Assembly (NCBI RefSeq): GCF_009914755.1
Contig: NC_060934.1
Strand: one strand, 5' to 3'
Origin: the human T2T-CHM13v2.0 reference genome, Homo sapiens
Length of the DNA stretch: 64,000 bases
The notes under the pieces are model-generated. The model was not told where the DNA came from. It did no database searches and saw only the letters and a list, made by a program, of their open reading frames with translations. Every line of letters starts with the position of its first letter. Position 1 is the first letter of the stretch. This document shows positions 14,850 through 29,417 of this stretch, one piece after another. The position numbers and the translations under genes are program-made.

Positions 14850-15860
14850 TGACTTTCTGTCAAGTCCCACCAATCTGGAGTGCTAGACTGAAACTACAGG
14901 CAAGAAAAGAGAAGAGAAGACTTATTACTTCTGCTCTCCCTGTCAGCATCACTCCAATCTCACTCTAGCAATGGTCGTTTACCAAGCAGTGGCGGTTAGT
15001 CCCACTCTCTAATAATTTTGGTCCTCCAAGAACCAACATCACTCTGTTCCTTCAGAAGTACTAGCACTTATTGGGAGATGACCCATCTCAGAGGTCTGGA
15101 CCCAAATTCTCTAGTGTCCCACCTCTAATCTCCTGAGATACCAAAAGTAGCCAAGCAGTGCCTCCTCTTCAAAGTCTGGAGCTTATATCTGCAAAGCCTC
15201 TCCTCTAAGCTCCTATGCCATGAGCTGCAGATGCAGGGGCATCACCCTCTTAGAGGGAATCTCTATTCTACAGAGCATCTTCTCTGAATTCCCCTAAAAC
15301 TCTTACTCCTCCCCTTGTGCCTCAAGCCTTAATGGACTAACTTTGTTCTGCCTTAGTGTTCTATTTTGATCCTTCAGTTCTCTAATACCTCTTTATCCAA
15401 TTTAATTATACTAAATTCTTTCTGTCGCCATATTTACTACGATTTCTCTGTTCCTAACCAGACTCCGGGTCTGATACTATATTTGTACCCAACATTGTCC
15501 CAAGAAACCAACCTCAAAAATGAGATTCATGGATGAGTCTACTTGTATGCTTGGCCTTGAACAATCTTCTGAGTTTTTCACCAACGGGAAATAAAAAACT
15601 CATTAATGCTTGGCATGCTGTATATCATGATTAATTAAATTGTCACCCGTGGGTAATTATGATAAAGTGTCTAAAGACATTTGTAAAACCAAGTGTCTGC
15701 TCTTGATGCAAATGGAGTAGAATGTCTTTCCCTTACTATACTACAAAGCATATAAAAAGGTATAAGCTTCGGAATTTACACCCTTAGAACAAATGAAAGA
15801 CAAAGAACAAGAGATCTTCTATAAGTTCCTAAAAGAATCTCTTATTTTACTGAAAGTCAC
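14850..15860 (+). mobile_element. Old ERVL-class LTR (LTR41-like) followed by the start of an ERVL internal region
   Basis: LTR-like end 'ccagactccgggtctgatac' followed by 'tttgtacccaacattgtcccaagaaaccaacctcaaaaatgagattc', resembling an ERVL internal 5' end. Confidence 0.45.
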
Positions 15861-15889
15861 ACTCAAAATTTAGTTGTGTATGTCCAGGG

Positions 15890-16302
15890 TAGACATTTGA
15901 CCCAAGCTGGGCAATGAACCTCATGCAGTCTGTCACACATGCTTCGTTCATTGCAAAAATGTGGATCTTTTTAGTTGCTAATATTCCAAATTGTTTGGAT
16001 TTAAGCCTAGACTTCCTGATGACCATTTTGCCACTGGATTAAATGAGCCTGTTTGAAAATTAAGTCAACACAGAGGAACAGAGAGCTAAGAGACAGAGGG
16101 AGAACCATCACTAAGGGCATGGCTTCTAGCTGTGTCTGAACCCCAAAACCAAATAACTTTTCAGGGATGTAAGGCAAAGATTATTTTAGTTTTGGGTTTG
16201 GATATTTTTTGGTCTGTTTTTTGGTTTTTGTTGTTGTTGTCATTGTTTTCATTCCACCTCATTAGATTTACTACCACATAGAACCAAAAACTTCTGACTA
16301 AT
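15890..16302 (+). mobile_element. Old MLT1 (J/K-like) LTR
   Basis: 'gtcaacacagaggaacagagagctaagagacagag...ctagctgtgtctgaac...ctgactaat'. Confidence 0.5.
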
Positions 16303-16519
16303 CCTCTTTTAAACATATAATATGCAATTTCCTCTTCAGAGTTATCCTCATTCTGCATCACACACATGGAAGGCAGCTTCCTCTCTACCTTTCTTTCCTC
16401 TCAGCCACCTTCTCCAAGAAGTCTCCTCCCACAGCTCAGCCTTTTGGTGATGACCTTTAACTCTGACTCCCCAGAGCACTAATGGTCCGGGACTTGGACC
16501 TTTAGCCTGTGTCACATGG

Positions 16520-18115
16520 TGCTTTTGGTAGAGGGTCATGACTGCAAGTTGTCCAGGTTCTTGGCATTTTGAACAAAAAATTGGACAAAACACCCAGCAA
16601 AGCAAAGAAAGAATAATACAACAAAAGAACAAAAGCAGGGATTTATTGAAAATGAAAGTACACTCCACAGTGTGGGAGCAGACCCGAGCAGCAGCTCAAG
16701 GGCCCATATACAGAATCTCCTTGGGTTCAAATACCCCCCACAAATTTCCCACTGGCCACTTCATGCTTACCTTATGTAACTGAAGTGGTAGCCGGGAATC
16801 AGTCTGATAGGTTGCAGACAGCAACCATTCAGAGGCTGGAGTGAAGTTACAAAGTTGCAAATGAAGACTCAACCCACACTCAGTATGATTTGTTGCAGAC
16901 AGCCAATTTCCCATCTGCCAGGAAGAAAAGGTCAAAAGGAGTAGCCTCTGGTCCTTCAGTTACTTAGGCATGAAAGTTAGGGTTTTCCTTTCCATTTAGT
17001 TCTAGGAAGTTGGCGTGAAACAGCCTTAGGTCCCCTGCCTCCAGACCCTATTCTCTTGCCTCATCTCCCCACTAAGAGATGTGATCCCCATAAATCTTTA
17101 TGGGAGGCAGAGGGACTGAAGGTCTTTCTTCTGTAACTGCTTCATGCTGACTTGGGGTATAGCCCCTACTTGTTGGAGATCACGGAACTCTCACTCTGTT
17201 CTGTCTAGTGAAGGCAGGGTACTTTTTTTATGGCCAGGGGTAGTGTCTTCAACTGGAACTTACTGAAAACCTTTGTTGCATGATCATCTGAAGCTTGATG
17301 GTCTCTAGGCTAGAGGAAATGAATTTGGTTAAAAGACTTAATGGGAAATTCAGGGGGTTGATACCTATGCTGGTAGAAATGTTTGTTATAGAGATTTGTA
17401 GGAGAAAATACAAAACCTGGTCTGTTCTAGAACCTATGTGTTCCCTTAAAGTTTTAGCACAAGCAACTCCATTTTGGTTTGGTTCGGTTTGTTGGGGCCT
17501 AGTGTATGAGCTCAGTCCAAAACAACCGCCTCCCAGATTTTGTTTAAAAAAATTCTCCCTTTTTGATCAGGTTCTCACTTGGTTGAGAGTATGACCAAAA
17601 CTTAGGGCCTTAGTACCACTCTCAGTTACCATCATTTCGGGTTTCCCATCTCAGCACATCATTTATAGGTTACAGCATCCTCATGGTTGCACATTTCTTT
17701 CAGCTCCTGTTATTCCAGTTGAAGAGAGACCAAATGACGTTCTAGAGATGGCTGCATGCAAGCATTTAAAACCTTTGAGAGAATACAGCACACAGGGAGG
17801 CTATTATTATGACTATTGGGAGGATAATACCAAGAGTTTGGAGTATGCCTCTTACCCAAGGTCCCCATAAACCAACATGAAAAAGACCCAGGTTCCTTAA
17901 GGTGGTGGCGGTCAGGCTTCTCCACATGGAAACCCCTCAGTTTCACTGGCCACGGCCAGAAACCTACAGTTGCTTCCATGTTTAGGCACTGCCCACCAAG
18001 GGTTCCAGGTTGGAAAGGAAAAGAGAGTCCCTGTATGGAGCAGAAAGGAAAAGGAGAAAGGAGAAGAATAAGTCCCAAACTTTAGGCTTATCTTTTCCTC
18101 CTGCCTGGCTCGCCA
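16520..18115 (-). mobile_element. MER51-type ERV1: 3' LTR (16520-17063), about 1 kb of internal region and PBS; no 5' LTR
   Basis: Reverse complement of the LTR start is TGAGGCAAGAGAATAGGGTCTGGAGGCAGGG, preceded by a purine tract. PBS at 18098-18115. Confidence 0.8.
18098..18115 (-). promoter_or_regulatory. Retroviral primer-binding site complementary to the tRNA-Arg(ACG) 3' end
   Basis: + strand ctcctgcctggctcgcca versus the recalled tRNA-Arg(ACG) 3' end CTCCTGGCTGGCTCGCCA, 17/18 match. Confidence 0.75.
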
Positions 18116-18315
18116 AGATTATGAGCTGTTCTTCTGAAACTCAGATGCCCCTCAGAGCTGCATAAACAGTGTTGGAACTCCCAGTAACAAAGCTATTGAT
18201 ATTCTCCATGTAGATTCATCCCATGATTTGCAAAAGTCAAGGGCTTATGTCCTCTCAGCCTGTCTCAGTACTCCTACACAATGTTCACAGTTATCTCCCT
18301 TTTAACTCAGAGTTG

Positions 18316-18930
18316 ATATTATAAGGGTAAATACCAATTGAAAAGAAAGAATTAATTCTCCCGGTTGAAATTAAGGAAAGAGACTTCTTCCTCCCTTTGT
18401 TAGAGTGTTTACTTTAGAAGATTTGTACTTATAAAGTCTTTTTCTGCCTCTTTGACATGTATACAAATCCTTTTGAAAACTAGATAGGTTTCTTGTCAGC
18501 TTTATGACCCAAGAATGTCTTCTTCCAAGATGTGGGATGCATATCTTTGAGAAGTAACCATCAAGAAAGATAGTGCCCTTATCTCCCCATTTCTATGGCA
18601 AGGTAGGAATCTAAAGGGCAGGAGCCTAGTTCCAAAACTATCTTTTATCACAAAGATATGAGAAGTTCATTTTTCCTTTGGATAGTCAATAAACTAACAC
18701 AGACAGTCACTCCAATTACCAAGTGAATTTATGATGAACTATGAGTGACAAGTGGTACTGTCAAGTCCTCTTTCATGAGGACAAATTATTATTTATTTTG
18801 ACAGAATGTATCTAATTGGTTGTATCTGTCTGGCTATTTAAAGGGGTGAGATATATTTCTCTCTTTGCAGTATCTTAGTGGATTGCCTGGGACATGCATC
18901 ATATTCTGGTTTAATGCCTGTTCGATTACC
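18316..18930 (+). mobile_element. ERV1 solo LTR (MER34-family-like)
   Basis: 'aagaattaattctccc...tttatgacccaagaatgtc...atcaagaaagatagtgcccttatctc...cacagacagtcactccaattacc'. Confidence 0.5.
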
Positions 18931-20220
18931 TATTAAAAAATGAAAATAACTTATTCAAAAATGTAACTGTATTTTATGAAAAAAATCATCAGGCCAAGCA
19001 TTTGATCATTCAGAAACTTAAGATTGTCATAGGGAGTGTGCATACCACATGGTATAGTTCATCATTTTATTGGCTTTCCAACTTCATTTTTTCTCCCTTA
19101 TCTTCCCTATCCATATTGCTCTCTTCTACTTCCATAACCATTTCCACTTTATAGAAGGAACATACTTCAACATTCATGACCATTCAAGACAAGCCCACGA
19201 TGAATATCATACTGATGGGAAAAAGATGAAATTGTTCCTCTAAGACCTGAACAAAAAAGAATGCCCACTTTCCTCTCTTCTATTCAACACAGTACTAGAA
19301 GTTTTAGCCAGAGCAATCAGGCAAAAGAAAGAAATACAAAGCAACCAAATTGAAAAAGAGAAAGTCAAATTGTCCCTCCTTATAGATGACATGACCTTAT
19401 ATCTAGAAAAATCAAAAACTTCATCAAAAAATTCCTAGATCTGATAAATTAATTCAATAAAATTGCAGGATACAAAATCAACATACAAATATCAATAGAT
19501 AGCATTTCTATATACTGATGATAAATTGTCAGAGAAAGAAATTAGGAAGGCAATACTATTTACAATAGCTACAAAATAAAATAACAAAGAATACGTCTAA
19601 CGTAGGAGTGAAAGACCTCAATAAACTATAAAACACTGATGAGAGAAATTGAAGAAAACACACACAAATGGAAAGATATCCCATGCTCATGAATCAGAAG
19701 AATATTGTTAAAATGACCATACTACCCAAAGAAATCTATAAATTCAATGCAATCCCTATGAAAATACTAATGCCATTTTTCACAGAAATAGAAAAAACCA
19801 TGCTAAAGTTTGTATGGAACCAAAAAAATAGCCTGAATAACAAAAGCTATCCCGGGAAAAATAAACAAAGCTAGAGGCATTATGTTACCAGATGTCAAAT
19901 GTATTTCAAGCATAGAATAACCATAACAGCATGATATTGTTATAAAAACAGACACATAGACGAATGGAACAGAATAGAGAATACAGAAATAAATCCATGT
20001 ATTTATAGACAGCTAATTTTCAACAAAAGTGCCAAAAATGTACATTGGAGAAAGGACACCCTTTTCAATAAATGGTGCTGGGAAAATGGGATATCCATAT
20101 GCAGATGAATGAAACTGGACCACTGTCTCTCACCATAATCAGAAATCAACTCAAAATAAATTAAAGATTTACATGTAAGATCAAAAACTATAGAAGAAAA
20201 TGTAGGGGAACATTTCAGGA

Positions 20221-20970
20221 TGAAACCATCATTGCAAAGATTATGACAGTGAGAGAAATCTGAAACGACTGACTTCATCTTGCCTCTAGTCTCACAGGCT
20301 GGCTGTCTTCACTCATTCCTGGGCATAGGCCAGGCTAACCATGGGGGGAATTTAGTTTATAGTTTAACTTTGAAGCAAGGATGATAACAAGTCTTCTGCA
20401 AAGCTGATCCTCTCCTTGTTCAGAGGCTGAAACCACCTTTGTAAGATTAATGAAAGGCCACAAGATTAGGTTTATGGGAAGGGCCTGAATTCTGCTAAAA
20501 GGTAAGCATAATTTCTATAATCTCTTACTGCTCTGGAGGCATGTGACCAGATATCACAAGATTTGTGACTTCCCTAATTGTTCCTAAAAATAACATCAGT
20601 ATTGTAAAACCCAAGATGGTCTTTTGAGATGTTTTTCAGACTGACCTCACCTGGACTCATGACTAGTTACTCAACCAGTTCTGTGGCCTCCATACAACCA
20701 GAAGCAGACTCAGCACACAAGGGTTGTTTTCCACACCCCTATGATTGCATCGCCAACTAATTAGCAGCACCCACTCCCTAGTACCCTGTCCACCAAACTA
20801 TCCTTGAAGAGCTCTAATCTCCACCCTTCAGGGAAACTTATTTGAGTATAATTCTGTCTCCTACATGGCTAGCACAGCATCAGTTAAACTCTTTATTTAC
20901 TGCAATACCATGGTCTCAGTGAATTGGGTTTGTTTATGCAGCAGGCAGGAGGAAGCCATTGATGATTACA
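20221..20970 (+). mobile_element. LTR8A solo LTR (ERV1)
   Basis: Runs TGAAACC...attgcaaagattatgacagtgagagaaatctg to ...ATTACA. 4-bp TSD agga at 20217-20220 and 20971-20974. Confidence 0.85.
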
Positions 20971-21487
20971 AGGACATTGGACTGGGCAAAGTTTTTTTGG
21001 ATGAGGCCTCAAAAGCACATTAAACTAAAACAAAAACAGACCAACTGTACTATGTTAAACTTATAAGTTTTGGCACAGCAAAGGAAACAATCAACAGAGT
21101 AAAAAGAAAACCTGTTGAAAGATAGGAAATATTCACAAATTCATCCAACAAGGAACTAACAGCCAAAATATACAAGGAACTCAAACAACTCAACAGCAAA
21201 AAATAAAAAAATAATAATAATCCCATTAAAAAGTGGGCAAAGGACATGAATAAACATTTCTCAAAAGGAGACATACGAATGGCCAGAACAAAAGGTATGT
21301 GGAAAAAAAAAATGCTCAACATCACTAATCATCAGGGAAATGCAAATCAAAACCACAATGAGATATCATCTTACACCAATTAGAATGGTTATTATTAAAA
21401 ATTCAAGAATAACCGATGCAGACAAGGATGCAGAGAAAAGGGAACTCATACATTTTTATTAAGAATGTAAATTAGTACAGCCACTCT

Positions 21488-21775
21488 AATTAGCAGCAGT
21501 TACAAGTAGATTTTTAAAGGAAAAGAAGATGAAATTCCTAAGTTGTTTACCAAGAATTTACATTAAAATAACATAAGATATTGATTGGCTATACATTGTT
21601 TTTTGTATCACAAATTCCAAGAACATGAAGGTAATGAGTGAGACAGCTAATGAGGAACAAAATGTCTTTAACAATTATCCGCAGGCATGGATATGGGGGA
21701 GCAGGTTTGGGGAACATGACCTATGTCTACATACTGCACATAGTTCAGACTGGTCTGAGCTATTTTTCTTTTCTA
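21488..21775 (-). mobile_element. MER4-group ERV1 LTR fragment (LTR56-like)
   Basis: Non-L1 insert whose reverse complement begins 'agaaaagaaaaatagctcagaccagtctgaactatgtg'. Subfamily uncertain. Confidence 0.5.
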
Positions 21776-22100
21776 AATCCAAAGGAAAAGAAATCAATAT
21801 CAAAGGGATACCTGCATCCCTATGTTAATTGCAGCATTATTCACACTAACAAAGATATGGAATCAACCTAATTGTCTATCATGGATGAATGGATAAAGAA
21901 AATATGGCATAGGCACGCAATGGGATACTATTTTGGCCTTAAAAAAGATTGAAATCTGTCATTTGCAGCAACCTAGTTGGAAGTGAAAGTCATTATTTAA
22001 GTGAAATAAGCCAGGCACAGAAAGACAAATATTGCATTGTTCTCACTTATATTTGGGAGCTAAAAAATGCTGATCTCATGAGAGGGTAGAATAATAGATA

Positions 22101-22851
22101 TGTTTATGAAAAGAGTCAAACTCCGTAAAATATTTGAAGAGATTTATTTTGAGCCAAATATGAGTGACCATGGCCTGTGACACAGCCCTCAGGAGGTCCT
22201 GAGAACATGTGCCCAAGGTGGTTGGGGTACAGCTTAGTTATATATATATATATATATTTTTTTTAAATACATTTAAGAAATACATTGTTGGTTCAGAAAC
22301 GCAGAACAACTCAAAGTGGGGGCTTCCAGGCGATAGGTAAATTTAAACATTTTCTGGTTGACAATTTGTTGAGTTTATCTGAAGACCCAGGATAAATGGA
22401 AAGGAATGTTTAAGTCAAGGTAAAGCGCTGTGGAGACCAAGTTTTACCGTGCAGAGGAGTCTCTCAGATAGCAGGTTTCAGAGAGAGAGATCAGGTTGTA
22501 AAATGTTTCTTATCAGACCTGAAAAGGGTACCTGGCTCTTAGTCGATTATCTACTGAATCTGCAAAGAAAGGAAGGAAAACAAAGGGGAAAGGGCATTTT
22601 CTATACAACGTGAATTTTCCCACAAGAGACTATGCAGGGCAATTTCAAGGTACGGCAAGGAAATACATTTTGAGTTTAAATATTTTTTCCTTGTCTCATA
22701 ATGTTATGCCAGAGTCGGACTGAAAAGTAAGTCATGATATGCAGGGTCAAATAAGACTCATCTGATGAGAATTTATGGTTTGTAGTGCATGACTCCCTAG
22801 ACCCCTTAGATAGGAATTTGAACAAGACAAAAATTAAGAGCTTAGTCCTCA
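22101..22851 (-). mobile_element. MER4D/E solo LTR (ERV1)
   Basis: Reverse complement starts TGAGGACTAAGCTC. MER4 core 'tgacacagccctcaggaggtcctgagaacatgtgcccaagg'. TSD gata on both sides. Confidence 0.85.
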
Positions 22852-22907
22852 GATACCAGAGGCTGTAAAGAGTGGTGAGGGAAGGAGGATAAGGAAATTT
22901 GGTTAAT

Positions 22908-23420
22908 TGTTGTGCCCAGGAGTGTTAGAGAAAACGCCACACTTTGAGATGAATTAAGAGTCCTTTATTAGCCGGTGACCAAGAGACGGCTAACGCTCAA
23001 AATTCTCTCAGCCCCGAGGAAGGGGCTTGATTAACTTTTATATCTTGGTTTAGGAAGGGGAGTGGGGGTTTAGTTAAAACAATTTTACAGAAGTTAAGTA
23101 GTCAAAAAGTTAAAAGGATAAATGGTTACAGGAAAGTAAACAGTTCCAGGTGCAGGGGCTTTAAGACTATTACAGGGTGATAGATGCGGGGCTTTGGGCG
23201 TTATCAATCAGACGAATTCTTGGGGACTGTGGATATAGCTTGCCACAGTATCTTATCAGTTAATTGCATTCTTGGATGTGCTGGGAATCAGCTTGCACAA
23301 GTTAAGTCCTTGAGGAAGGGGCTGCCAGTGAAAGAGCCAAGATGGAGTTTGTCTGGTTCTCTTAGCTAAGGGAGAAGCTAAGGCCAGGTGAATAAGGAAT
23401 AAACAAGGTTGGGCATTACA
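22908..23420 (-). mobile_element. LTR6 (HERV-T/S71) solo LTR
   Basis: Reverse complement starts TGTAATGCCCAACCTTGTTT. CpGs retained. TSD taat at 22904-22907 and 23421-23424. Confidence 0.8.
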
Positions 23421-24080
23421 TAATCAGTACAAACATACAGTTAGATAGAAGGAATAAGTTCTAATGTTTAATACAGAGTACAGTGACTATAGTTAAAAAA
23501 AAATGTATTGTGTATTTCAAACCAGGGAGAAGACAGGACTTGAAATGTTACCAACACATAGAAATAATAAATACCCAAGGTAACAGATAACTTAAATACT
23601 CTTACTTGATTATTACATAGTCTATGCATTTAACAAAATATCACATATACCCCATAAATATGTAGAAATATTATGTATCAATCATTTTAGTTTAAACTTT
23701 TTAAATGGGGTAAAATATGTCTCTTATTTTCTCATGCTTCTCGATTTAATGAACATTTTTGTTGCTTGGCCACACACCAACGAACTTACCAAAATGTTTC
23801 TTCTAAATCAATACAGTGCTCTGTGTAAGAGAAACTCTCATGGATGCAATTATCTACACCATTGCACTATTAGGCATGTGTAATATTTTCTTAGCTATTA
23901 TAGATCAGGAGAACTTTGAAAACCCACAGGGTTAAGTGCAGAGGAAACCAGTCTGGTGAATAAAAAGGTGTGGGTTTGCATACTGGCTCTAATGTGTATA
24001 AAGTGCCCAGCACCTAATACTGTAGGAGCTCTGTGCATGCTAACCTGCTAAATTCTTCTCTCTTTGTGTTTAGCACTTAC

Positions 24081-24163
24081 CGAACTGCTTGCTCTTGCCG
24101 AGGTGTAATAACTCTTAATGGAAAAATGGTGATGCGCCAGGAGTCACAGCAAATTTCTCCACT
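24081..24163 (-). ncRNA. Candidate exon (83 nt)
   Basis: Acceptor ggtttcgtttttaactag|A and donor TCG|gtaagtg. Unique sequence with locally retained CpGs. Confidence 0.35.
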
Positions 24164-24833
24164 CTAGTTAAAAACGAAACCAGTCTCTTCTTCATGCTGT
24201 GGCTCCAACTGGCCCCTGCACAATGTCCTATTCTTTTAGCCCCTGTTCCATCCTTTCTCCTGGCTTGGATAGTATTGATATGCTTTTTTTCAATATAATA
24301 CATATTTGGCCTTTCCTAACAGCTATGATTCATAGATCTCAGTGAGGGCATAAAATGAAAAAAAGTATGAGAATTTTGAAGGAAAAAAAATAGAAGCAGT
24401 AACTGAGAGAACAACTTCGTGGAAAAAGTAGCTTTTTAAATTAAAAAAAAAAAATAAGGATACCCTCAAGTATTACTATCCTAGCCCAGCATCTATGAGA
24501 GGATTGTGATGCCAGTCTCTACAGGGGTAGCCAATCTCTGATTTTGTTCCAAGGCATGGAATATGCCAGATTTAGTGTTGCTCCAAAATCTAAATCATCA
24601 GTATATAGTCATCGTCTCTATTTATCTAACGAAAATGGTAAAAGCAACTCTCAGAGGCAATGCCAAAGGCTAAGGGAGTGAAACAAAACTGTAAATGTGG
24701 AACTGATAAGATCACGTGTGTTGGTTCAGCACACTACAACCAAATGCCAATTTTCTTTCACTTCCATGAAAAGGACAATGTCAGTAATGTATAACTACAT
24801 ACCCTAGCTGAGGCTTGGTGTTCCAAAACAAAG

Positions 24834-25248
24834 TGTGAGCTCCAAAAATCTGAGAGAGGTCTCAGTTAATTTAGAAAATTTATTATGCCAAGGTTGAGGA
24901 CGCACCCTCAGGAAGTCCTGACGACGTGTGCCCAAGGTGGTCGGGGCACAGCTTGGTTTCACACATTTTAGGGAGACATAAGACATCAATCAATATGTAA
25001 GAAGTATATCAGCTGCGTCCAGAAAGGTGGAGACAGCTCAAAGCAAGCACCCCCTACTGAGGGCTTCCAGGTTACAGGTAGGTGAGAGACAGATGCTTGC
25101 CTTCTTTTGAGTTTCTGGTAAGTCTTTCCAAAGGAGGCAATCAGAATATGCATCTATTTCTGTGAGCAAAAGGGATGAATTGAATAGGAGGCAGGCTTGC
25201 CCTGAGCAGTTCCCAGCTTGAAGAGGCCCACGATATTTTTCTTTCACA
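24834..25248 (-). mobile_element. MER4A1-like solo LTR (ERV1)
   Basis: Reverse complement starts TGTGAAAG. MER4 core 'ccctcaggaagtcctgacgacgtgtgcccaaggtgg'. TSD aaag on both sides. Confidence 0.85.
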
Positions 25249-26329
25249 AAAGAAAGAAGAGAAAAAAAGAAACTTTGAAAGCATACAACTACTTTTGAGT
25301 AAACATATTTGAATCAATACAAAGAATTTGAACATTCTTTGAAATATTAAAAACCCAAATTAAACTTTTTATGAGCGAGCAATGTGTACATGGTCATTCA
25401 AATGGGCCTACTAAACTAAATTTTTTATATAGCAATATTGGGATAACAGTATTGAAAACAGTACAGAATCTTTATTTATCATAGGAAATTAACAGATAAT
25501 GTCTAAACCTGGTATACCAAGATAGTCAAGCAATGGAATTATAAACATGTAATTTAGAAATAGGTACATAAATAACAAAATAGCCTAGGAAATTAAAAAA
25601 TTCATTTTCTCTGGAAAGCAGAACTTCAAAGTAAGAAGTAGTAAATAGAAGTTTCTGTACTTTCAAAACTTCTAATGGGAAAATGAGAAATACAAAGTTT
25701 ATGATCATGGAAGTCTCTCCCAAAATAAATGAGCCCTAGTTTACTACTGGATCAAATTATCTCTTCCAGCTTATTGCTCTACTCGAGGGTTTAAAAGGTC
25801 TATAACATATTTGAAAATATTGTAAGATAGAAAATAGCCAGTTTTGATGATACTTGTCACCAGACAGCTTAATTTTTTGGGTTGCCCAGGAAAAGGCATT
25901 ACAGAGAGGAAATTCTGTTGGAATCCTTACTGGTGCCAGTTCAGACTAAGAGTGGAAATAGTTCAGACAAACATGGTAAAGAATGTTCCTTTAGTTAAAT
26001 AATATTAACAAGGTTTATCTAGGGCCCTTTCTATTACATTTTGAATGTTTGCCTTGTACCCCCAGATCCACCACTCTAGGAAGCAGATGTTGTCTGCTAG
26101 ATGCTCCAGAGACAACCTTACAAGCTGTATGTCCTTTTTTCCTGGCCACCAAAGAAATTATTCTCTTTGATGACTTTTGTGATTCTTCACTGAATATTCC
26201 TAGAGACAAGGAGCTCACTACTATTCAAATCTTCCTATCCCATTTGTGACCATATGTAATAATTAGAAAGTAATTCTTTACACTAAATCAAGAGCTGTCT
26301 CCATCAGCTTTAACATGGACTTCCAATAT

Positions 26330-27830
<1,501 letters not shown>

Positions 27831-27845
27831 TTACTAAAAAGAGGC

Positions 27846-28312
27846 TGTATTAGGGACAGAACTAATATGGTGCATATATAATATATATATTTATATATAA
27901 AGGGGAGTTTATTAAGTATTAACTTTATATATATATATATAAAGTATTAACTCACATGATCACAAGATCCCACAATAGGCTGTCTGCAAGCTTGAGGAGC
28001 AAGGAGAGCCAGTCCGAGTCTCAAAACTGAAGAACTTGGAGTCCAATGTTTGAGGACAGGAAGCATCCAGCACCGGCAGAAATATGTATGCTGGGAGGCT
28101 AGGCCAGTCTTGCCTTTTCACATTTTTCTGCCTGCTTTATATTTGTTGGAAGCTGATTAGATGGTGCCCACCAGATTAAGGATGGTTCTGCCTCCCCCAG
28201 CCCACTGACTCAAATGTTAATCTCCTTTGGCAATACCCTCACAGACACACCCAGGATCAATACTTTGCACCCTTCAATCCAATCAAGTTGACACTCAGTA
28301 TTAACCATCACA
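27846..28312 (-). mobile_element. MLT2A (HERV-L) 3' LTR
   Basis: Reverse complement starts TGTGATGGTTAATACTGAGTGTCAACTTGATTGG. Contains 'aggggagtttattaagtattaactcacatgatcacaag'. Confidence 0.9.
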
Positions 28313-28751
28313 AGTTCACCACTTGTCAACTTGAACCCATACACATCTCCTGAGATCATACATAATCTTCAAATAAAGACAATAATGAGGTCATAATTAT
28401 GCCTAACATAATGCAAGTATCCTTCCTATAACCAGAAATGTACCAATCCTCAACCCAAACACTATTACATAAAGTTAACAATACTTAAATGCTGATATGA
28501 AGTCAATAAATCTTAAGTCACATGATAAAGGAAAAGGAAATAAAATGAGGATATTTTGTTAGAACAAGTGTATACACGCACAAACATGTTTTTAACAAAA
28601 GAAGGAGGAAATACATGTGACAGTTACAGTCCTCATTTCTACAACTGGTCACGTGATCGTAGCTGGTATTGATGACTATCTTCTTCTACTACCCATTCTG
28701 TATTCCCTTTGCCTTCAGCAAGCACCTCAGCAGGTCGTGGGTGTTTTTTTC

Positions 28752-29381
28752 CTAGTGGACACAAACCTTCATTCCTGAGGGGTCTGGACCATTTGTAGTC
28801 CAGCCTGAATTGGGCTGCTGTAGTTTCCCATTGACCTTAATCACAGGGCTTGGTAATACTAAGAGACACCCTAATGCATCTCCTGTATTCCATGCATAGT
28901 CTTCCTTACTTCTCTTATGGGGTAGTAGACTGATTTCATCTTGATAGTCCAGGCCAATCACCCCAGCCAACACTGTAAGTCCCTTCTTAGCCTGTTGACT
29001 TAAAGATAGGAGAAGACCAAAGTGTCCAGGAGGCAATCTTAACTTCCAGTTTAATGGAATCATTGTTGTGTGTCCTAGTGGCAGCCTTCTTCCCTCTGGA
29101 ACTAAGACCTCTAGGCCAGCAGAACAGAATGTCACGGGAACAGGAAGCAAACATTTTGCTAGTGGATCACTAGGGGTGATGGTGAGTTGTGCCACTTCCA
29201 CTTCCATCCATTGATTCCTGGGCCCATGAATCCTGGCTATGGGAGAAACAGAAACATATATTGGACACCAATTCAGAGCATACACGGCCTTCTGGAGAAC
29301 TTTGCCCCAGCTCTGCAAAGTACTGTCACCTAGTTGGCATTGTAATTGTGACTTCAAAAAGCCATTCCACTGTTCTATCAA
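28752..29381 (-). pseudogene. HERV-L integrase C-terminus plus dUTPase remnant
   Basis: IEQWNGFLKSQL is the IN core E motif. IPLNWKLRLPPGHFGLL...GLTVLAGVIGLDYQDEI is dUTPase, with motif 3 degenerate from GVIDxDY. Confidence 0.88.
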
Positions 29382-29417
29382 TCCAGTTGCTTCAGGATGA
29401 TGGGGAACATGGTAAGA

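Larger units (their letters stand above)
19151..23682 (+). mobile_element. 5'-truncated L1MA (L1MA4-like): ORF2 3' half and 3' UTR, interrupted by four LTRs
   Basis: ORF 19668..19874 is L1 ORF2 ([28 protein letters not shown]). L1MA-type 3' UTR 'aaacatacagttagatagaaggaataagttc...tattatgtatcaat'. Confidence 0.88.

Noticed and set aside
18098-18115. tRNA-like sequence ending in CCA
   Set aside because: Only 18 nt with no cloverleaf. It is the ERV primer-binding site.
28752-29381. 209-aa IN/dUTPase ORF as a domesticated gene
   Set aside because: It begins mid-integrase, dUTPase motif 3 has lost its first Asp (GVIGLDY), and upstream pol is frameshifted.
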